Below, piece by piece: positions 45,001 through 51,000 of a stretch of 64,000 nt of DNA. The position numbers were made by a program, and so were the translations under genes. The stretch spans positions 54,166 to 118,165 of the forward strand of contig JAZLLX010000093.1 in the NCBI GenBank assembly GCA_045598345.1, given 5' to 3'. Source of the stretch: Acidaminococcaceae bacterium (GTDB lineage Bacteria > Bacillota > Negativicutes > Acidaminococcales > Acidaminococcaceae). The notes below the pieces were generated by a model that saw only the letters and a list, made by a program, of their open reading frames with translations, had not been told where the DNA came from and made no database searches. Each line of letters starts with the position of its first letter. Position 1 is the first letter of the stretch.

Positions 45001-48000
45001 GCGGAAACAGCGGTGGTCTTCGGGTCCAAACTGATGGTGCCGCCGCTGACAACGCTTAAACTTGCTGTTGCGGCTTCAACTGTATCTGCTTTTACGATAA
45101 TATCCCCATTGGTTGCAGTGGCGGTATTATTGGTTAAAGTCAATGTATTGGTGTCAAATTTAATATTACCATTAGCAACATTGATATTGCTGCCGGAGGT
45201 AATGCTGCCCGCAGTAATTTCCATTGCGGTCTTGCCATCCGAGAGTAAAGTACTGCCTGCCACATTTACAACATCGCCCAAAGTAACGGTCTTGCCGGTG
45301 GCAGTAACCTGCATGGATTTGTTGATATTCAACTCATCCAGAGCAACATTGCCGGTGGCAGTTACAAAGAGGTTGCCGGCTTCTGCTGTAATTGTGTTTT
45401 TAGCAGTCAAAGCCACTGTATTCAGGGTAATATCCCCTGCAGTAGCAGTAACTGTCTTATCAAAAGTCAGGGAAGTGCCAATATAGGCATTGATGGCATT
45501 AGCTGCAATAACATCACCGTTAAAGGTTACAGTGCCGGCTTTGCCTGTGGAAGTGCCTATATTCAGAGCCCCTGCTGTGGTTGTAACATTACCTTTGGCA
45601 AGGACGGTGCCGCCGTTAAAGGATGCCGTGCCGCCTGTAACATTGCCCTGCATTTCCAGTTTGGTGGTGCCGTTCATATCAACACTGGTAGTGCCGTTGA
45701 TAGCACCCACTACAAGAACATTGCCGGTGCCGTTGGTATCAATTACATCGGCAGACATACCGCCGTTGACAGTAATATCCTTGCCGTCCAAATCAATAGT
45801 GCCGCCATTTGCGGTCAGTCCCCTGAAGGTTGCGGACACAGCAGTCCCCTTCGGGTCCAAACTGATGGTCTTGCCGGCAGTTTCCAATACCAAATCAGTA
45901 CTTGCCGCATTGACCGTATTTGCGGTCATGGTAATATTGCCATTGGTGGCAGTAACTGATTTATTGCTGCCCAAGGTCAGGGTGTTGGTAATAAAGTTTA
46001 TATCACCCTTGGTTGTGGAAACATCGCCGCTGGCAGTAATGGTTCCGGCAGCAACATAAATACCATAATCACCACTGGCTACCGCACCGCCGCCGGTCAG
46101 GAAAGTGCCGTCAGCATGAATATTGTTGTTAAAGGTAATATCCTTGCCATCGGCAGTGGTCATATTGATGTTGTCATAAGCGTTGACGGTATTGAACTTG
46201 GCGTTGCCCGTGCCGTTCAGTACCACACTGCCCTTGCCTGCAGTAATGGCGGCAGCGGTGGCGGTCAAGTCGCCCACATTAAACACAATATCGTTGTGGG
46301 CAACACTTGTGGAAGAAGTTGCTGTACCGGTTGAAACTGTAGCGCCGCCCAAGGTAAGGGAGGTGGTGGCATTGATTTCAATGCCGTCCGTTGCGGACAT
46401 GGTGCCTGAGAATGAAGCGGTATTAGTGGCAGGGGTGCTTAAGCCCGCAGTAATTTTGCCTCCTGTGGCAGTCATATTGGAACCGGCATTGCCCGTAATG
46501 CTCTTGCCTGTCAAATCAATGGATTTGCCGGTCACGGTGCCGCCGGAGAGGGTAACGCTGTTCTCGCCTTTGATGGCGATTGCACCGGTTGCGTTTATTT
46601 GATTGAATGTTACATCCGTTGTACCATCGGCTGTAACAGTGTTTGCCTGGGTTGCCCCGTTAACCGTAATGGCCTTGCCCTGCAAATTAATTGCCTGTTC
46701 GGCGGTCAGAGCGCTGAAGGTTGCGGAAACAGGGGTAATGCCATCTTTTGACAGAGTAATATTTGTTTTTGCATTGATATTGCCGGAATTGACGGTGGGG
46801 GCTTTCAGGGTTACGGAATCGTTAGAACTTGTAATTCCACCGCCAGTGGTAATGCTGGTGGTGCCGTCAATGGTAATGGCGTCAGCAGCACTTATCAAGC
46901 CCGTAACATTCACAATGCCTGCATCAATGTCAATGCCTGTGGCTGCTGTAATGGTGCTCCTGCCGGTCAAAGTGCCGGTAACATCCATATCAATGTTTGC
47001 CGCAACATCAACTTTCGCCCCAAATTCCGCATTGCCGCTGGCATTCAGGGTCAATGCCCCTTCAGTTGTAGTGAAAGTTGCAGTAGTGCCGGAAGCGGTA
47101 TAATTGCCCACATACATGGTTGCAGAAGCCGCATTAACTATTCCGGTTGTAAGAGATGCCACCTTGCTGGAAGTGCTTGAACCCACGGTTAAAGCATTTG
47201 CAGCAGTCAAATTCTTGGTGGTTACAGAGCCGGAACCGCCCTGCAAAGTAATGCTTTTTGCACTGATGTTATTGGTATTGCCGGTGCCGGCAACTTTGAG
47301 ATCTGCCGCACCTGTAAGGGTGAAAGCATTGCTAATGGTCAGATTGCCCGTAGCATTGGCAGTCAAGTCCTTGGTTTCAGTGATGTTGCCGCTGACGGTA
47401 ATATCCTTGGCGGACATATCTATCTTATTGGTGGCAGTCATATTGGCAAAAGTAACTGCACCGCCAGCATCAGTAACCTTAATATCATTGCCTGCGGTCA
47501 CTTTGCCCGTAGCGAGGACAGTATTGCCTGCCACAGTCATTATTATGTCATTAACGCCTTCAGCAGTCAGTCCGCCTGTGCCGATGTTCACACTGCCGCC
47601 AGTTGTGGAGTTAATACTGATATTGCCGGCAGTGGACTTAACAAGGCCCGTGCCGGTGGTAAAGGACTTGGAATCAACAGTAATGGCCTTGGCAGTCGCC
47701 GTGCTTTGCAAGCTGATTGCATTGCCGGCACCCTTCAAAGTGATATTGCCGCTGGTGGCAGACATAGCGCCTTTGAAGGTGGCGCTGGTGGCATTAGGAA
47801 CGGTAGCAGCGTCATTCAGAGTAATATTGCCCGTTTTGGCGGTGAGGGTGCTTTCCGCAGTGACAACCTTGCCGGTCATGTCAATTTGGGAGGAGGAAAC
47901 GGAATTCAGTTTCAGTTCATCCGCACCTTTCAGAATTGCTTCCCCCGTGGTGGTCAGACCCTTGACAAGGGTGACTTTGGTTCCGTTAAAATTAACTGAT

Positions 48001-51000
48001 TTGGCCCCAATGATCTCATTAAAGCTTACTTGGGCACCATTGAATGTAATTTGATTGGTTGAAGACAATTCCCCGATTTGAGACACTTTGGATGCAACGG
48101 TAGTGGTTAACTTAATATCCCCTGCGGTAGCGGTCAGTTTTTTGTTGGCAGTAATAACGCCTGCATTGATAGTGTAATCATTGGCCGTGCCCGTACCTGC
48201 AATGATAAGGGCGGTGGCGGCGGTCAGGGTTGCCGAACCTTTGGCATCAATAGCAGTTCCCGTGGAACTGAAATTCATGGTGTCACTGTTAAGAACCAAC
48301 GCACCGTTTGTGGTTTTTACAGTACCTTTGTAAGTGGCAGTACTGCCGGAAGTGCCAGATTTTTCCTCGGCTGTAATCTGTTTGGCAGTCAGATTGCCTT
48401 CAAAAGTGATGCTCTTGGCTGTAAGGGTCAGAGCGTTGGCAACAGTTACACTGTCCGCAGAACTGCTGCCCGCCTTAAAGGTTTCCGCAGAGACCTTCAT
48501 GAAGTCCGTAACATTAAGTGCCTTTGCCAAAGAGAACTGCGTGTTCAAAGTGGCATCAATGGATTTGACCCCGGCACCCTTCATGCCGGTCAGAACTTTC
48601 TTGAATGTAATGTTATCAGCAGTTGTAACTTTTAATTCACCAATATTAGCATCTTCGTCAAAAGTAATATTGGAAGCACTAACGACATTTAATTTATTGG
48701 CTATTGCCTTGCCCTTAAATTCCAACGCCCCGTTAGAACTGCCGGCTTTGCCGATATTGACGGTGGAACTTTCGGACTCAATGGCATTTTTGCCTGTAAG
48801 TCCCATATAATGAACGCCGTAAATGTTCAAAACCGAAGTGCTGCCCACGCTGACTATATTGCTGCTGACGGTGTTCACATTTTGCAGATTGATAGTGCCG
48901 GAATTGGACACAATAAGGGTGTCGTTGGCAAAACCCTTAATTGTACCCAGGTCCTCAAAGGTAAGGGTGTCACCCGCACGGACCGTGCCTGCCCCCGCAT
49001 CAACCGTGCCTGCCAGCACATTGCTGCCCGTACCTTTAATTGTCAGGGTACGGGTGCTGCCTTCGCCGGAAGTGATTTCTGCAGTATCACTCGCATTACG
49101 CTTGTGGCCCAAGGTCCCCAAACCGCCATAGTCATTATTGACCGTGTAAGTGCCGGCGGAAATATCATAGGTGTTATATTTGCCCTCCCTGTGATTATCC
49201 TTAAGACCATAGTAAGTGTCCAGGTAACCGCCGTTCACCAGAAGGCCGTTGTCAATGGTGGCCTTAACATTCTGGAAGGCCTCCGTCAGGGTGGACACAC
49301 CGGTCATATTGATTAAAATCCTGCCCTTGTCCGTCAAATCCTGACGCAGGAACACATGGCTTTCCTTGTCCTCGCCCAACAGATAGACAAAATCACTATT
49401 TTCGTAGCGTTTAGCAATATCTTTTTTTGCATCAGAAGCAGCTGCTTCAACTATCTTTATATTGTTCTTGTAGCTGAGATCCCCTTCAAACAAATCAAAA
49501 TAGGTGTGCCGTGAGATTGCTCCCGCCATATCAATATCCAATACGAAAGTACCGGAAGCCGCCCCCGTAAGTTTGATTCTGTCGTTTTTAACATTATTTT
49601 TTGTCGTGGAAGAGAAATCAATATCAAACTGGAGTTTCACATAATCACTGTCCCCGGAAGGAACCCACAGGCCTTTTACTGCAACCGTGTTGTAGGCATC
49701 ATTCTGCATGTCAATGACACCACTTTTGAGCATTGAGATTTTCGCCGCCGTACCCAAATTAGACGCAGTGCCCAACACCAAAGTTCCGACGGAATTCATA
49801 TTGACCGTAGCGCCCGTTCCTGTAAAGGAGTTAATCGTCATTGTGCCGGAATAACCTACGGTATTGGTTCCGCCCATAGCGCCGATGGAAATCAGAGCAT
49901 GGTGATTTACGCTCTGATAACCCGCTTTGTTAAAATTGGCAATGGTAACTGTTGCATAGGCACTGGCTGTCTGCTGTCCGGAGAAAGTGCCGACTGAAAC
50001 ATTTGCCTTAGATCCTACCGTCTGGACAGCATTAACCTGAAGATTGGAAACAAAAGCGGACGCACTGTTGTTAACAATTTGCGTTGCCCCTGCAAGCATG
50101 GCCCCCACAGAACCCGTCTGGCCGGCACTTATGCTCTGCGTTGCCAAAGTTCCCATCGTATCCACATGGCCGGTGCCGGCCGCAATCATCTGGTAAGCGG
50201 AAGACATTGTACCCACGCTGGCGTAACCGTTTCCGCTGATATATTGGTTGGCGCCCTGCATCAGGTCAACAGTACCTTTTGCCCCGTTGCCGGAAAAGGT
50301 CTGGTATGCCTTTGCAGTGCCGTTGTTCATAAGCGTGCCTATGGAAACATTTGCAGTGCCCCCGGAAACAACCTGGGTTCCGCCGGTCATGGTCCCGATG
50401 CTGACAGCCACATTATTGCCGCTCACCTTCTGAGTCATGCCCGTAGCCCCAACAACGGTAACTGCAGCGTTGTTGCCCACAATCTCTTGAATACCGTTCT
50501 CAATATTGGTAACAGTAAGTTTTGCCGCAGAACCGATGACCTGCGTTCCTTGGAGCACCAAATCCACAATAGCATTGCTCGGGCCTTTCGTTGCGGCTGC
50601 GCCCAGTATCTGCACTGCCAAACTGGACATAGTGCCGACACTGATATACGCAGACGCTGCGCTTTGAGTACCTTTGACAAATGTGCCTATAAAACCGGAA
50701 CCTGCATTGGCAACAGATTGAATACCACCGTTAGTAAGGATACCGATAATGCCGCTTGCCCCCGCTGCCACCAGTTGGGTCGCCAAGGCATTAATCGTAC
50801 CGATGGAACCGTACCCTGCGGACATAATATTTTGTGTTCCCGCAATACTCAAAGTTCCAATGTACCCTGCACCTCCCTTGGATACAACCATATTGGCAGA
50901 AAGCATTGTGCCTACGGAAGCGGTGCCGCCGGAATCCACCCGCACCACATTCGTATCGTACTTGTTGGCAGTGTTATATCCGTTTGCATCCCAGTAATGC

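Noticed and set aside
18400-48050. Regular 750-900-nt periodicity that could be mistaken for a CRISPR-like or satellite array
   Set aside because: The units are far longer than CRISPR repeats and spacers, have no short conserved direct repeat with unique spacers, and all lie in one open reading frame.
910-49316. About 100 '+' strand ORFs (60-542 aa; e.g. 42382..44010 of 542 aa, 41362..42363 of 333 aa, 47104..48054 of 316 aa), often two overlapping frames at once
   Set aside because: They lie antisense to a continuous, SD-initiated minus-strand ORF. Their products are Pro/Val/Leu/Ser/Cys-rich mirror images of the Thr/Gly/Asn/Ala sense repeats. I saw no convincing SD in the ones I inspected. 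They stay open only because the sense strand rarely uses TTA/CTA/TCA-type triplets in the relevant phase.
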